Below, piece after piece: positions 9,065 through 19,565 of a stretch of 53,756 nucleotides of DNA. The first letter of the stretch is position 1. Every line of letters starts with the position of its first letter. The position numbers and the translations under genes were made by a program. The notes beneath the pieces were generated by a model. It saw nothing but the letters and a program-made list of their open reading frames with translations, had not been told where the DNA came from and ran no database searches. The DNA is from Symploca sp. SIO2C1 (GTDB lineage Bacteria > Cyanobacteriota > Cyanobacteriia > Cyanobacteriales > Coleofasciculaceae): positions 1 through 53,756 of the forward strand of contig JAAHGL010000014.1 in the NCBI GenBank assembly GCA_010692635.1. Direction: 5' to 3'.

Positions 9065-10804
9065 TTAATTCCGCGCAGCGGCACTAGTTACCTCCTGAAT
9101 CTGAGCTTCTGTCAAATACTTGACTAAAATTAGGTTAAATGGATCTTCACTAATTGCCTTAACATAAGGCTCACTCAAGTAAACAGCATATTCTGGTTGA
9201 TTAGCGATGTAGGTCTTAAAGAAAGCTGTACTCAAAGCACTCAGATAAGGCTGAGCAAGCATCGGATCTGGACCAACCAATTCTGGAGGCAATTCAAAGG
9301 CTCCTCCACTTTTTGCTCCCAGGAAAGAAAAATGAGTAGCACCTTCGGTAACTACCAGATATTTGTTGGGGGTGGTGAGCCAGAGAAAGGGGAAAAGTTG
9401 CTCTGGTACTGCTGGTGCAAATGCATCTTGAGTACTAGAAATCATCATCAAGGGAACTTCAATTTCCGACATTCCTTGTCTACCAAAGATGGCACTACTT
9501 AAGGGATTGATTGCAATCACAGCTTTAACCCGTTCGTCTCGCAAACGAGTAGTTGTTTTGGGTAAATCTAGTCCTTGACACTGAAGCAGCAGTGACACAT
9601 TTAAGGATATGCCAGCTTCTGCTTGGGCACATTCGGTAGTAAGATTGGGAAAATTAAGGGTAGCTCCCCCCGCAGCAAGAACAGTATAGCCTCCCAAAGA
9701 TTGACCAATTACTCCCACCGACTGGAGATTTAGTTTCCCGAATCGATTGGGTTCAGTCTGAGCTTTCGCTGAGAGTTCATCGAGTAAATACTTAATATCC
9801 AAAGGTCGGCTGATTAATATTTCTGCTTCTGGAGGATCACCAAAACCAGCAAATAGTCCCTTAATCTTCTGGGTACTTGAACCCGGATGTTCCAGAACTG
9901 CTACTCCAAAACCGTGAGAAACTAAATGTTCCGCTAGATAAGCAAAAGTATGACGGTTTGAGCCTAAGCCGTGGGAAATAATTATAAATTCGGTTAAGCC
10001 TTCCCTTGGAGTAGTAGGCAAGTAGATGTCAAAGGGAACAGGTTCCTCACGTCTAGGATTGGTAAAGGTAAAGCTATTTTTCCGCCACTTCCCAGAGCCA
10101 GTCAGACGTAAATCCGGTAGCGTGGAGAAATCAACAGGCGGCTCGGTTGTAGCTTCAGTTGTTGCCTGCTCTTGAATCTTTGCTAAAAGTAAACTCCCTT
10201 CTTGGAGTGCTAGTGATAGCTGATTGATTACTTGGTTAATCGGTTCTAAGTCAAGCCGGATAGTTTCTAAGGGGAACTGGCGCAGGAAATTGACAATAGT
10301 TAAGCCTTCTGGAGAAGCAGCAGCTTGATTTAAGGAAGCTCGCAAGGCATGGAAGCCATTACGCTCAAAATCTGCTTTGATTATTTGACCCAGCTTCTTG
10401 AGTATGGTTTCTCCGGTTGTTGAGTTACTAAATTTATAGACGACTATGGGACTATAATCAAAGCGTTGGTTGAGCAATTCCCGCAGTTGTGTTAGCTGTT
10501 CTGGTGGTACACGGTTGGCATAAAAAGCAAATTCATTGGTAATTCTACCTTCTTTGGCAAAGATTTCTAGGTCTTCAATGGAAATATAGAATTCTCCAAA
10601 GGGGGAGTACCAGAAGGCAATCCGCTCTGCTCCCAACACAGGAGTAGCGCTAAAAGCGGCAAAAATGCCTAAGCCTAGGGAAAAAGCTAGTTGAGAGCAC
10701 CATCGAAAGAGTCGTCCTCTGTTTTTCTTTGGCTTTTGAGTTTTTATGTGTGGTGGAGACGTCAAGGGGGGAAAGTTGACTTTTGGGGCGCTTACTCTCA
10801 GCAT
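9065..10804 (-). CDS. Secreted alpha/beta hydrolase with a long N-terminal (DUF1400-like) domain.
   Basis: Signal-peptide-like LAFSLGLGIFAAFSATPVLGAE. Nucleophile elbow VIGQSLGGYT. FIIISHGLGSNRH. 579 aa. Confidence 0.65.
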   Translation of the reverse strand: MLRVSAPKVNFPPLTSPPHIKTQKPKKNRGRLFRWCSQLAFSLGLGIFAAFSATPVLGAERIAFWYSPFGEFYISIEDLEIFAKEGRITNEFAFYANRVPPEQLTQLRELLNQRFDYSPIVVYKFSNSTTGETILKKLGQIIKADFERNGFHALRASLNQAAASPEGLTIVNFLRQFPLETIRLDLEPINQVINQLSLALQEGSLLLAKIQEQATTEATTEPPVDFSTLPDLRLTGSGKWRKNSFTFTNPRREEPVPFDIYLPTTPREGLTEFIIISHGLGSNRHTFAYLAEHLVSHGFGVAVLEHPGSSTQKIKGLFAGFGDPPEAEILISRPLDIKYLLDELSAKAQTEPNRFGKLNLQSVGVIGQSLGGYTVLAAGGATLNFPNLTTECAQAEAGISLNVSLLLQCQGLDLPKTTTRLRDERVKAVIAINPLSSAIFGRQGMSEIEVPLMMISSTQDAFAPAVPEQLFPFLWLTTPNKYLVVTEGATHFSFLGAKSGGAFELPPELVGPDPMLAQPYLSALSTAFFKTYIANQPEYAVYLSEPYVKAISEDPFNLILVKYLTEAQIQEVTSAAARN

Positions 10805-11135
10805 TCACAACTCCTAAAAAGGCTCTGATTAAAAGCTAATTTGTTAACGAAATCTTAAAGCTTTAGGGTTTCCCATAGCGCGATCCCCATAGCTAAGACC
10901 AATACAACAGCGCAACTTACCCGTGAGGTGATAGGTTACGGTGCTCAAGAGGATAACACAACCCTAACAATTCTTTTATAGCAATTTGAGGAACTGTCCA
11001 AAAGCAAGGTTGAGAGTATGTTTTCTCAAGATTTAGTACGGGAATCACCAATCAAATCTCCTAGGAGGCTCCATTATTAAGGTAGGATGATTTCGTTTAG
11101 AATAGTCGTTCTGCCGACGATTAGCCTGTTATTGC

Positions 11136-11948
11136 ATGACTTCTGATTCTGCTGAACAATCACCAGTTTCTACTGAACAATCACCGGTTTCCACAGTTTA
11201 CCCCAGTGACACGGCAGTAGATTGTCATATACAAATCCGTCTCAAACGGGAGGGAGAGCAGTTACTATTAATCTTGCCTAAGTCAGCAGAAATGCCTGAT
11301 GAAGCAACTTGGCTTGATCTTTGGCAACAGCTAAAACATCGTCTTAATTCCGGTGAGCGCTTTTGGCAGGAGAACACAATAGTACATTTGATGGCGAATG
11401 ATCAGTTGTTGGATGCACAGAAACTACAAGCCATCGCAGATGCTCTGAGTGAAATCCAGCTAAAACTACACCGGGTTTTTACCAGCCGACGGCAAACAGC
11501 TGTTGCTGCAGCTACTGCGGGTTACTCAGTCGAACAACAAACTATTATTAATTCTCTCCATAAAAACCCTGTTGAATCTACCGAGTTGCTCGCAGAACCT
11601 CTATACTTACAAACGACAGTGCGATCTGGTGTTGAAATTCGCCATCCCGGCACTATTGTTATACTAGGAGATTTAAATCCTGGTGGCACAGTAATCGCTG
11701 CTGAAGATATCTTCATTTGGGGGCGTCTGCGGGGCATTGCTCATGCCGGTGCTAGTGGTAATCGAACTTGTCGGATTATGGCTCTGCAAATGGAGCCAAC
11801 CCAGCTACGGATTGCCGATGCGGTAGCTAGGGCACCAGAAACACCACCATCTCAGTTCTATCCTGAGGTGGCTTATATAACCTCCAATGGCATTCGCATT
11901 GCCAGAGCCCTTGATTTCTCTAAGACCAACTTTTTGTTGAATTCATGA
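11136..11948 (+). CDS. minC: Septum site-determining protein MinC (cyanobacterial long form).
   Basis: C-terminal MinC beta-helix domain GTIVILGDLNPGGTVIAAEDIFIWGRLRGIAHAG. Directly followed by minD with a 4-bp overlap. The N-terminus carries a 21-bp tandem duplication (EQSPVST x2). Confidence 0.8.
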   Translation: MTSDSAEQSPVSTEQSPVSTVYPSDTAVDCHIQIRLKREGEQLLLILPKSAEMPDEATWLDLWQQLKHRLNSGERFWQENTIVHLMANDQLLDAQKLQAIADALSEIQLKLHRVFTSRRQTAVAAATAGYSVEQQTIINSLHKNPVESTELLAEPLYLQTTVRSGVEIRHPGTIVILGDLNPGGTVIAAEDIFIWGRLRGIAHAGASGNRTCRIMALQMEPTQLRIADAVARAPETPPSQFYPEVAYITSNGIRIARALDFSKTNFLLNS

Positions 11949-12742
11949 GTCGCATTATTGTTATTACCTCCGGCAAAGGAGGGGTAGGGAAAACTACTGT
12001 TACTGCTAATTTAGGTATGGCGATTGCTAAATTAGGTCGCCGAGTTGCTCTAGTGGACGCAGATTTTGGTCTGAGAAACTTGGATTTACTGTTGGGGCTA
12101 GAAAATCGGGTAGTTTATACTGCAGTTGAAGTCCTAGCTGGTCAATGTCGTTTAGAGCAGGCTTTAGTAAAAGACAAGCGACAGGAAGGACTAGTTCTAT
12201 TACCCGCTGCTCAAAGCCGCACCAAAGAAGCAGTTAGTCCTGAGCAAATGAAAAAGCTTCTTGACCTATTAGCGAAGAAATACGAGTACATCATAGTTGA
12301 TTGTCCTGCAGGAATTGAAATGGGCTTCCGCAACGCGATCGCTGCGGCATCAGAAGCTTTAATTGTTACTACCCCAGAAATTGCTGCTGTGCGTGATGCT
12401 GATAGAGTTGTCGGCTTACTAGAAGCCAACAGCATTAAAAAAATTAATCTAATTGTCAACCGCCTGAAACCGTCAATGGTGCAAGCAGATCAGATGATGT
12501 CGGTTCAGGATGTCCAAGAAATTCTCGCTATTCCCCTCATCGGTGTTATTCCCGACGATGAACGGGTTATTATCTCCAGCAACCGGGGTGAACCCCTAGT
12601 AATAGAAGAAAAACTTTCCCTGCCTGGGATAGCAATCAATAACATCGCCCGTCGTCTAGAAGGTGATAAACTTCCCTTCCTCGACTTGATGGCGGAACAC
12701 GACAACTTGATCAATCGCCTCCGTCGTATGTTCCGCAGCTAA
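11945..12742 (+). CDS. minD: Septum site-determining ATPase MinD.
   Basis: Deviant Walker A SGKGGVGKTT. 265 aa. Position in the minCDE cluster. Confidence 0.9.
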   Translation: MSRIIVITSGKGGVGKTTVTANLGMAIAKLGRRVALVDADFGLRNLDLLLGLENRVVYTAVEVLAGQCRLEQALVKDKRQEGLVLLPAAQSRTKEAVSPEQMKKLLDLLAKKYEYIIVDCPAGIEMGFRNAIAAASEALIVTTPEIAAVRDADRVVGLLEANSIKKINLIVNRLKPSMVQADQMMSVQDVQEILAIPLIGVIPDDERVIISSNRGEPLVIEEKLSLPGIAINNIARRLEGDKLPFLDLMAEHDNLINRLRRMFRS

Positions 12743-12853
12743 ATTTTGTCCAGATAAGCAACCTATATTTACCCCAAATTTTATCTTGATCAAAGCAGAC
12801 TAACCAACACCACCAAACAAGAGAATTGATATCAATAACCCCTTACAAGTCCC

Positions 12854-13150
12854 ATGATTAGCGAACTTCTGGAGAGACTTTTTCCCTGGACTAGTGGCAC
12901 TAATAGTCGCAGCCAAGTCAAACAACGCCTCCAACTAGTAATTGCCCATGATCGGACTGACCTTAGCCCGAAAATGATAGAGTCGATGCGCAATGAAATT
13001 TTGGAGGTAGTCTCTCGCTATGTAGAAATTGATACTGAAGAGTTAGAGTTCACCTTAGAGAGTAACCAACGAGCAACAGCATTGATTGCTAATTTACCTA
13101 TCCGACGGGTCAAGAAGGAAGTGCCTTTACCTTCTTTAGATATAGAATAA
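12854..13150 (+). CDS. minE: Cell division topological specificity factor MinE.
   Basis: 98 aa. [10 protein letters not shown]...[17 protein letters not shown] matches the MinE N-terminal amphipathic helix and beta1. Follows minD. Confidence 0.8.
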   Translation: MISELLERLFPWTSGTNSRSQVKQRLQLVIAHDRTDLSPKMIESMRNEILEVVSRYVEIDTEELEFTLESNQRATALIANLPIRRVKKEVPLPSLDIE

Positions 13151-13160
13151 TTGTACTATC

Positions 13161-13195
13161 AAAAAAGCGCCCTCTAGTGAAGGGGGCGCTTTTTT
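13161..13195. terminator. Bidirectional intrinsic terminator shared by minE (+) and psbA (-).
   Basis: aaaaaagcgccctctagtgaagggggcgctttttt. GC-rich hairpin flanked by an A-run and a T-run. Confidence 0.7.
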
Positions 13196-13241
13196 ATATT
13201 CTAGAGACGTGAAATGTTACATCTCTATACCTAGGTCAAAA

Positions 13242-14324
13242 TTAACCATTGATTACTGGAGCTGTTAAAGCAACCGGAGCAGCTTCACCAGCAGCCAAGT
13301 CTAAGGGGAAGTTGTGAGCATTACGCTCGTGCATTACCTCAAATCCTAAGTTAGCGCGGTTGAGAACATCCGCCCAGGTATTAACCACATGACCTTGAGA
13401 ATCCAACACAGACTGGTTGAAGTTAAAGCCATTAAGGTTGAACGCCATAGTGCTGATTCCCAATGCTGTGAACCAGATTCCAACTACTGGCCAAGCTCCT
13501 AAGAAGAAGTGCAACGAACGACTGTTGTTGAACGAAGCATATTGGAAGATTAGGCGACCGAAGTAACCATGAGCTGCCACGATGTTATAGGTTTCAGTTT
13601 CTTGACCGAACTTGTAACCGTAGTTTTGAGACTCGCTTTCGGTGGTTTCACGCACCAGAGAGGAAGTTACCAAAGAACCGTGCATAGCTGAGAACAGGGA
13701 ACCACCAAACACACCTGCTACTCCCAACATGTGGAAGGGGTGCATCAGGATGTTGTGCTCTGCTTGGAACACGAACATGAAGTTGAAGGTGCCACTGATT
13801 CCCAAAGGCATACCATCGGAGAAGCTACCTTGACCGAGGGGGTAAATTAGGAATACAGAGGTAGCTGCAGCTACAGGTGCACTGTAAGCAACACAGATCC
13901 AAGGACGCATTCCCAAACGATAGCTCAGCTCCCACTGACGACCCATCCAGCAGAAAATGCCGATCAGGAAGTGGAAAACGATCAACTGGTAGGGACCACC
14001 GTTGTAGAGCCACTCATCCAAGGAAGCTGCTTCCCAAATGGGGTAAAAGTGCAAGCCAATAGCGTTGGAAGAAGGGACAACCGCACCAGAGATGATGTTG
14101 TTGCCGTAAAGCAGAGAACCTGCTACTGGCTCCCGGATACCATCAATGTCCACGGCGGGAGCAGCGATGAAGGCAATAATGAAGCAAGTGGCGGCCGTTA
14201 GTAAGCAGGGAATCATCAGCACACCAAACCAGCCTACATAGAGGCGGTTATTGGTGGAGGTGATCCAGTTGCAAAACCTTTGCCATGCAGAGCCACCTTC
14301 GCGTCTTTCTAATGTGGTTGTCAT
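13242..14324 (-). CDS. psbA: Photosystem II D1 protein, copy 1 (Q130, D1:1-type).
   Basis: [34 protein letters not shown]... 360 aa. [16 protein letters not shown] gives Gln at position 130. Confidence 0.95.
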   Translation of the reverse strand: MTTTLERREGGSAWQRFCNWITSTNNRLYVGWFGVLMIPCLLTAATCFIIAFIAAPAVDIDGIREPVAGSLLYGNNIISGAVVPSSNAIGLHFYPIWEAASLDEWLYNGGPYQLIVFHFLIGIFCWMGRQWELSYRLGMRPWICVAYSAPVAAATSVFLIYPLGQGSFSDGMPLGISGTFNFMFVFQAEHNILMHPFHMLGVAGVFGGSLFSAMHGSLVTSSLVRETTESESQNYGYKFGQETETYNIVAAHGYFGRLIFQYASFNNSRSLHFFLGAWPVVGIWFTALGISTMAFNLNGFNFNQSVLDSQGHVVNTWADVLNRANLGFEVMHERNAHNFPLDLAAGEAAPVALTAPVING

Positions 14325-14860
14325 GTTTTAATGATTACAATCGTTTGTTTTTTATGTTAGCCCGACTTGATGTCAGCTTATACATAATTAGACTTATATT
14401 AATACCTTTCTTCATTTCTGTTCGTAAAGTTATTTAAAGAATTCGATAATTTAGTGTAAGAGGGCTTTTATCGAAAAATTTAGTAATTTGACCACAAAAG
14501 CTAGAAAAACAGCTTTAATTTGTTCTTCAATGCTTCATAACTCAGTTTTTGCTTAATTACGTGGTTTTGGACTCATGTGTTAAGGATTATTTACAATATT
14601 TATGTTAAGAAATGTCAACATAAATTTAGTGTAAGTTAAAAATTTCCAGTTTATACTTAAACAAAATAAACAAAACTTAATTGATTTTGTTTAAATGCTC
14701 CAAAAAACTTCCATAAAATCGCAATCTTATAAGCGTTAGAACGCAGTCTCGATGAAAAAATTTTTCACCACCAGGTGATGAAAGTAGGAGCACTCCTGTT
14801 CCCTATTCCCTACTTTCAAGTCAGGAGGCAGGGGACTCCGAGGCAGGAGCAGTAGGGGCG

Positions 14861-14910
14861 ATTAGCAATTAGCAATTAGCAATTAGCAATTAGCTTTGAG
14901 CGTGTTTCTC
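14861..14910. repeat. TTAGCAA heptamer array (x4-5) followed by the conserved tail tttgagcgtgtttctc.
   Basis: gattagcaattagcaattagcaattagcaattagctttgagcgtgtttctc. The same composite recurs at 22852-22908. Confidence 0.6.
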
Positions 14911-14930
14911 TATTGATGGAAGCCCTGAGA

Positions 14931-15602
14931 TTAACGCTCTATCTCTCGACGAAACCTTCTAATAGCTTCCCCTGCATCAGTTTCGGCCATCAAAATGCAG
15001 CGCTTGAGCAAATCGGGATCTAGTTCAGTGAGTCCAGGTAATTGGCTGCGCTCAACGGGTTCATAATTGCTGTCTTGAAGATGATAGAACTGGAGCAATC
15101 CATCTTCCGAGAACCAAACTTCTGGAACACCTAAAGCTTGATAGCGTTCTAACTTGCTGATGCCACCACTAGTAAAAACCACTTCAATCGACAAATCCGG
15201 GATTGGCTTTACGCTCCCGATGCAGTAAGACTCGTCTGCTTGAGCAGAGACAACTCCTGACTTTTCCTGAGTCATTGAGCGAGTTGGCTGAAAGAATATA
15301 CCTTGTTCCGTAAGAAAAGTTGTCACTAAGTAGCCGATGATACTGGCAAAAATTTCATGTTCACGTCCCGGCATGAGAATCTCGATCGTCCCATCATAGA
15401 AAAATAGGTGTACCCCAGGAGAACCATCAAAACCCTTTTGAATTAACTGAAACTGTTCCCATGTTCCATGATGAACGATTCTTTGATCGGTAGTTTTGTT
15501 CAGTAAGAGGGGCATGGTACTCTCATCTCCGGCTATCCTTACCGGTAATTGTGGCATATCGTTTGCCAGAAAGATTTCACCATAAACCTTTACATAAATC
15601 AA
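14931..15602 (-). CDS. Uma2-family (DUF820) putative endonuclease.
   Basis: ...PDLSIEVVFTSGGISKLERYQALGVPEVWFSED is the typical Uma2 C-terminal block (PD..E..S.....K...Y...GV.EYW). Family is abundant in cyanobacteria. True start may be internal. Confidence 0.55.
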   Translation of the reverse strand: MIYVKVYGEIFLANDMPQLPVRIAGDESTMPLLLNKTTDQRIVHHGTWEQFQLIQKGFDGSPGVHLFFYDGTIEILMPGREHEIFASIIGYLVTTFLTEQGIFFQPTRSMTQEKSGVVSAQADESYCIGSVKPIPDLSIEVVFTSGGISKLERYQALGVPEVWFSEDGLLQFYHLQDSNYEPVERSQLPGLTELDPDLLKRCILMAETDAGEAIRRFRREIER

Positions 15603-15715
15603 TACCAGAACTTTTCCGGAAACGAGTTAAACCCAAATGTAGAGAAAAGGTGTCCAAGAGAACTATCTCTCTTAAATGATTCACATCAAGCAAAATCTTA
15701 ATAAGGATTACCAAA

Positions 15716-16720
15716 ATGTTTGACTATAAAGACCCCACAGAAACTAATTTCCTGGAAAGTCAAGGCGCATTAGATGAATATCGAGCCATTCTGCAAAGCC
15801 AATATCTCAATTCTGCTCGTGTACCCAACTCTTCTTTTACACTTCTAGAAGCTTTTGAAGAACTTGCGGTGGGAACTGTACACTCAATTACAGGTGTTAG
15901 TTGGCTTGCTTTCCCGAAAACAGCTTCTGTTTCCTTTGAAACAATTGATCAACAGAGATTTAGTTGGCAGGATGAATATGTTGAATGGAGAACCGAAAAA
16001 GATGACAGCGGTTCAGTAACCCGAATAACCTTTACGACGGAATTTCCTGAGTATTATGAAGCTCTGGCTGAAGTTAGCTTAGACGCTCTGATTGCTGGTG
16101 TTAAAGAAGTTATCCCTGGTGCTAATCCTACCGTTCAAGAGTTACTAGGAGTAAGTTCAGATCCAATATTTGGTCGTTCTCGGAGATTTCGGAACCATCT
16201 GCCACGAAATCCTTGGAATAATGGAGAAAAAGGAATTCTTTGTTTGACTCAACAGTTTAATACTCTAGGTGCCCTATTTAATCTTTTGGATAAATGTGGT
16301 ATTCCCAACCCTGGAGTTGCACCAGATACCGTATGTAGCATAGTCGGAGGTGCCTGTGGTCCCGGACGCAATTCTGATCCTAGGGTTTGCTCAGCAGCAC
16401 AAACTTTGGTGAGGAATTCTCAAGGTTTGAGCTTGTCGGATCCAGCAGGTATTAACATTGTTGAGCTTCAAGGTGTTTGGCGCATCAATGGCCAACGAAT
16501 AGATATTAATGATTTGACTAACAATCGTAACGTCTGGAGTCTGAGCCGTGGTGGACGACGTGCTGTTCTCAATGTTGTTGATGGCCTGACACTGGATGGC
16601 GAAACGATAACAAGCGGTGCTCAAGTATCGCAAAGCTTATTCGTTGATGCCAAAGTTATCTCAGCACCGGAAACTTCATTACCTGATTGGGCGAAAATTG
16701 GACAGGAGGCTCGCATATGA
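15716..16720 (+). CDS. Hypothetical protein, 334 aa, with a Cys-rich C-terminal half and no signal peptide.
   Basis: Long ORF with an ATGA stop/start overlap to the next gene. Cys cluster: CLTQQ..DKCGIPNPGVAPDTVCSIVGGACGPGRNSDPRVCSAAQ. Confidence 0.55.
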   Translation: MFDYKDPTETNFLESQGALDEYRAILQSQYLNSARVPNSSFTLLEAFEELAVGTVHSITGVSWLAFPKTASVSFETIDQQRFSWQDEYVEWRTEKDDSGSVTRITFTTEFPEYYEALAEVSLDALIAGVKEVIPGANPTVQELLGVSSDPIFGRSRRFRNHLPRNPWNNGEKGILCLTQQFNTLGALFNLLDKCGIPNPGVAPDTVCSIVGGACGPGRNSDPRVCSAAQTLVRNSQGLSLSDPAGINIVELQGVWRINGQRIDINDLTNNRNVWSLSRGGRRAVLNVVDGLTLDGETITSGAQVSQSLFVDAKVISAPETSLPDWAKIGQEARI

Positions 16721-18402
16721 AATTTTCCAAGATTTCTCGCAAAATTGGTTTCCCATGTCTGGTAATTGCACTTTGCTTCTTCCTGATGTTTGGCATAGGA
16801 GAGAAATCTGCATTTGCTCAAACATCTACAGATAGATTATTCGTCCAAAATACCGATAGAAGTCAGGTAAGGAACATAACTGACCAAGAGTTAGCTGAAC
16901 TAGGGGATCCTTTTTTCAATTTAGTGTTGAAGGATCATCCAGATGAAACCAATTTAGCTGAAATCGAACAGTTGCTTCAGCCAGATTCAACCAAACGGGA
17001 AACCTTTGTTGTCAGCGAACGTATTCTCGATGCTAGCCGTCCTCAAAATAGAAGAGCTATATTGACTTTTCAAGGCTCCAACCGAAACAATGGTAACCCT
17101 ATTTTCTTATCTCCTAACGTAATGATATCTGTACCCTTCAACTCCGAAGATTTTTCAGATAATCCAGAGCAGTTAGAGATCTGGGGATGGGATGAGCAGC
17201 GAGGGCGATATAACTACTACCGTCTTGATCGAAATGGCAATAGATTGAGTGAACCAAGACAAGGCACACTAACCTGGAAGTTTCGAGGCAACTCAGTTAA
17301 TGCTGACACCCTATCTGCTGCCAATCGCCAAGGGACTTGTCTACAGTGCCATGTTAACGGCGGGCCGATAATGAAAGAACTCTTTCTGCCTTGGAATAAC
17401 TGGGAATCATTTGAATCAAGCCAATCTTATTTAAGGTTTGAACCACCAATTGGTTGGCCAGTAGTCAGTAATATTCGACTAAAAAATTTGAAAGGTGCAG
17501 AGTTTCTAGAATCAGAAATTATTTCTGCCATCAAACAATTCAATTCTCAAAGAATTGATGAATTGACTAGTGAAGACAGTGGTGTCATCGAAATATCTGA
17601 TACTCAGCGTTTATTGAAGCCTCTGTTCAAAACAACTGAATTCAATATTATTAGCAGTGATACAACCACAAGACTGCATCCATTCACGAGTACTACTGAA
17701 CAACCGACAGATGATTACATCATTCCCAATAGTTTCTTTTTGAATGCAGATCTAATTGCTGGAAGTCGATTAGGAGAACAATTTACAGGAGGTTTCAGAA
17801 TTGATAGCGCTAGAGCATTTGAAGCCAAGGTTAAACCAGAAGAATACGAGCGCTTAGTGAATGAGGCTGGAGTAAAATTAGCAGATCAGCAGCCCGGTGA
17901 TGCTAACTTTGCTTGGTTTGTTCCAGAGCCTAGTTTTATTGATAATAATTTCCTTGACCAACTCATTACCAAAAATATTGTTCCCCGTGAGTTCGTTGCT
18001 GCTGTCTTGGCGATTGATTTAGATAATCCAGTCTTATCTCAAGAGCGACAAAGTCTGTTTGAGCTTGATATTATTCCTAGTCAATTTCAGGTTGAACCAG
18101 TGAATAATTTAATTACACAAACAGTTGCTGCTTTGGAAAGCCTTAATCCGGCAAGTAATTCTCCAGAAGGGGAGTTTTTGGCAATCCTCAAAAGTGAAGA
18201 TCCGGTTGCGCTCCTGAGAAATAAGGTAGACGAATACTTAGAGCGGGAAACGAGTCTGCTAAATGCGGATGATAACACCAGGTTTACCGAACTAACTCGG
18301 CTTTATCAAATAGCTGTCGAGCGAAGACAAGCTGTACTTGCTGATGAAATTCTTGGCGATTTGGATGAAACGAATGGCACTCTCCTTTTACCAGTTCCAT
18401 AA
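16717..18402 (+). CDS. Hypothetical secreted protein with a single CXXCH motif.
   Basis: SD sequence ggagg sits 8 nt upstream of the ATG at 16717. Signal peptide MKFSKISRKIGFPCLVIALCFFLMFGIGEKSAFAQ. Motif GTCLQCHVNGGP. 562 aa. The ORF track start at 16687 overlaps the upstream gene and is less likely. Confidence 0.55.
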   Translation: MKFSKISRKIGFPCLVIALCFFLMFGIGEKSAFAQTSTDRLFVQNTDRSQVRNITDQELAELGDPFFNLVLKDHPDETNLAEIEQLLQPDSTKRETFVVSERILDASRPQNRRAILTFQGSNRNNGNPIFLSPNVMISVPFNSEDFSDNPEQLEIWGWDEQRGRYNYYRLDRNGNRLSEPRQGTLTWKFRGNSVNADTLSAANRQGTCLQCHVNGGPIMKELFLPWNNWESFESSQSYLRFEPPIGWPVVSNIRLKNLKGAEFLESEIISAIKQFNSQRIDELTSEDSGVIEISDTQRLLKPLFKTTEFNIISSDTTTRLHPFTSTTEQPTDDYIIPNSFFLNADLIAGSRLGEQFTGGFRIDSARAFEAKVKPEEYERLVNEAGVKLADQQPGDANFAWFVPEPSFIDNNFLDQLITKNIVPREFVAAVLAIDLDNPVLSQERQSLFELDIIPSQFQVEPVNNLITQTVAALESLNPASNSPEGEFLAILKSEDPVALLRNKVDEYLERETSLLNADDNTRFTELTRLYQIAVERRQAVLADEILGDLDETNGTLLLPVP

Positions 18403-18484
18403 TTGCTAATCTCCTGAATTTTTTTCAGAGCCTTACCTTAATAAGTTGGGTTGAGGCAACAAAACCCAACACTCTAGGATGAGG

Positions 18485-18559
18485 CAGGGCTGTTTCATTC
18501 CTCACGTAAAATCAAGTTATGGGGAATATAGACTTTTCCTAAGAATGAAACAGCCCTGT
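18485..18559. other. Long perfect hairpin: 16-bp stem cagggctgtttcattc with a ~43-nt loop.
   Basis: cagggctgtttcattc...gaatgaaacagccctg, 80 bp downstream of the gene at 16717-18402. Could be a terminator, RNA element or MITE core. Confidence 0.4.
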
Positions 18560-19230
18560 GCCCCCTAAGGGAGTTAGGTCAAAAATTTTGACAAAGCGCT
18601 AAAAGTCTTCTCAATTAAGCAATTGAAAGAAGTGAGGGGTCAGACTTGCCATTATTTTGCTTATTTCTATCGCTTATACCCTAGCAACTTTACGAGGAGT
18701 TTCTTTTCTGCTATACCTAAACCTTACAGTATTGCGCAGCAGCTAGCCCACCATGCTGCGCCAAGAGAATCTGAATGAACGCATCATACTAGGCTCCACC
18801 GGCAGCTATACTCGCAGAATTTCACCTCCTGTTGCGCTAACGCAAATAGGAGAACTTTTGGACTCACGAGACTCTTGTCTGACTAAACCAGCCATTGCTG
18901 CCAACTGCAATTTCATAAAAGCCTTCAAATCTTCTGAACCATACTTAGTTTGTAAAAGCTGCCGCAGTTGCTCTTCGGCTTCTAAAGTTAGGTAGCCAGT
19001 AGTGAGTGCTTGGTGAACAATCTCACGAATTAGAATCATCTTCTACACCCCTGTTAGGTTGATTGAAGCCAGATTCAATCTGGCGGTTATTATACTTATT
19101 TCTCAGTGATTTGACGGTGATTTTATGCAAAAAACCTTTTCTAGTTATAATACTTTACACTTCAGTATTTCAGTTGTATTACTTTACATACACTATAATT
19201 TTAATAAAAATTTAATCTTCTTAATAAATG

Positions 19231-19560
19231 ATTGGTCATTGGTCATTAGTACAAAGCAGGACTTACGCACTCAACTGTCACACTGAGTTAACTCATCCCC
19301 CGGAAGACAGCACGGGGGATTTCGTGTTAGCAAGTTGTTAGTTGTTGGTTGTTTGTACAAAAAACAAAAAACAAACAACCAAGCGGCGGGCGGCTATCCC
19401 TCCCATCCCTAAAGGAGTGGGCTTCCCGCCGCTTTCGGTGAAAGTGTTTGCGAAGCAATACCTTCGGGATGCAATGCTGCTTTTGCTGCTGCCGCACCAT
19501 GCTCCGCAAACACTCGGGTGCGTAAGTCCTACAAAGGACAAATGACCAATGACCAATGAC
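19231..19560. mobile_element. MITE-like element with aggacttacgcac / gtgcgtaagtcct TIRs, embedded in TTGGTCA (STRR2-type) heptamer arrays.
   Basis: Inner TIRs at 19258-19270 and 19518-19530. Outer inverted heptamer runs attggtcattggtcatt and aatgaccaatgaccaatgac. Internal palindromic tract ttgtttgtacaaaaaacaaaaaacaaacaacc. The same TIR family occurs at 46446-46561. Confidence 0.5.
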
Positions 19561-19565
19561 AATTA

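Noticed and set aside
13642-14201. Several 60-76 aa ORFs on both strands inside the psbA coding region (and the equivalent set at 52727-53580).
   Set aside because: They lie antisense or out-of-frame within a highly conserved, highly expressed gene and have biased low-complexity composition. They are reading-frame artefacts.
13242-14324. Whether one of the psbA copies encodes the high-light D1:2 isoform.
   Set aside because: Both copies have Gln at position 130 (MGRQWELS). D1:2 would have Glu.
16687-16716. Longer start for the secreted CXXCH protein (MGENWTGGSH...).
   Set aside because: It would overlap the upstream gene by 34 bp and precede the signal peptide with non-hydrophobic residues. 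The ATG at 16717 has a good SD and starts directly with a signal peptide.
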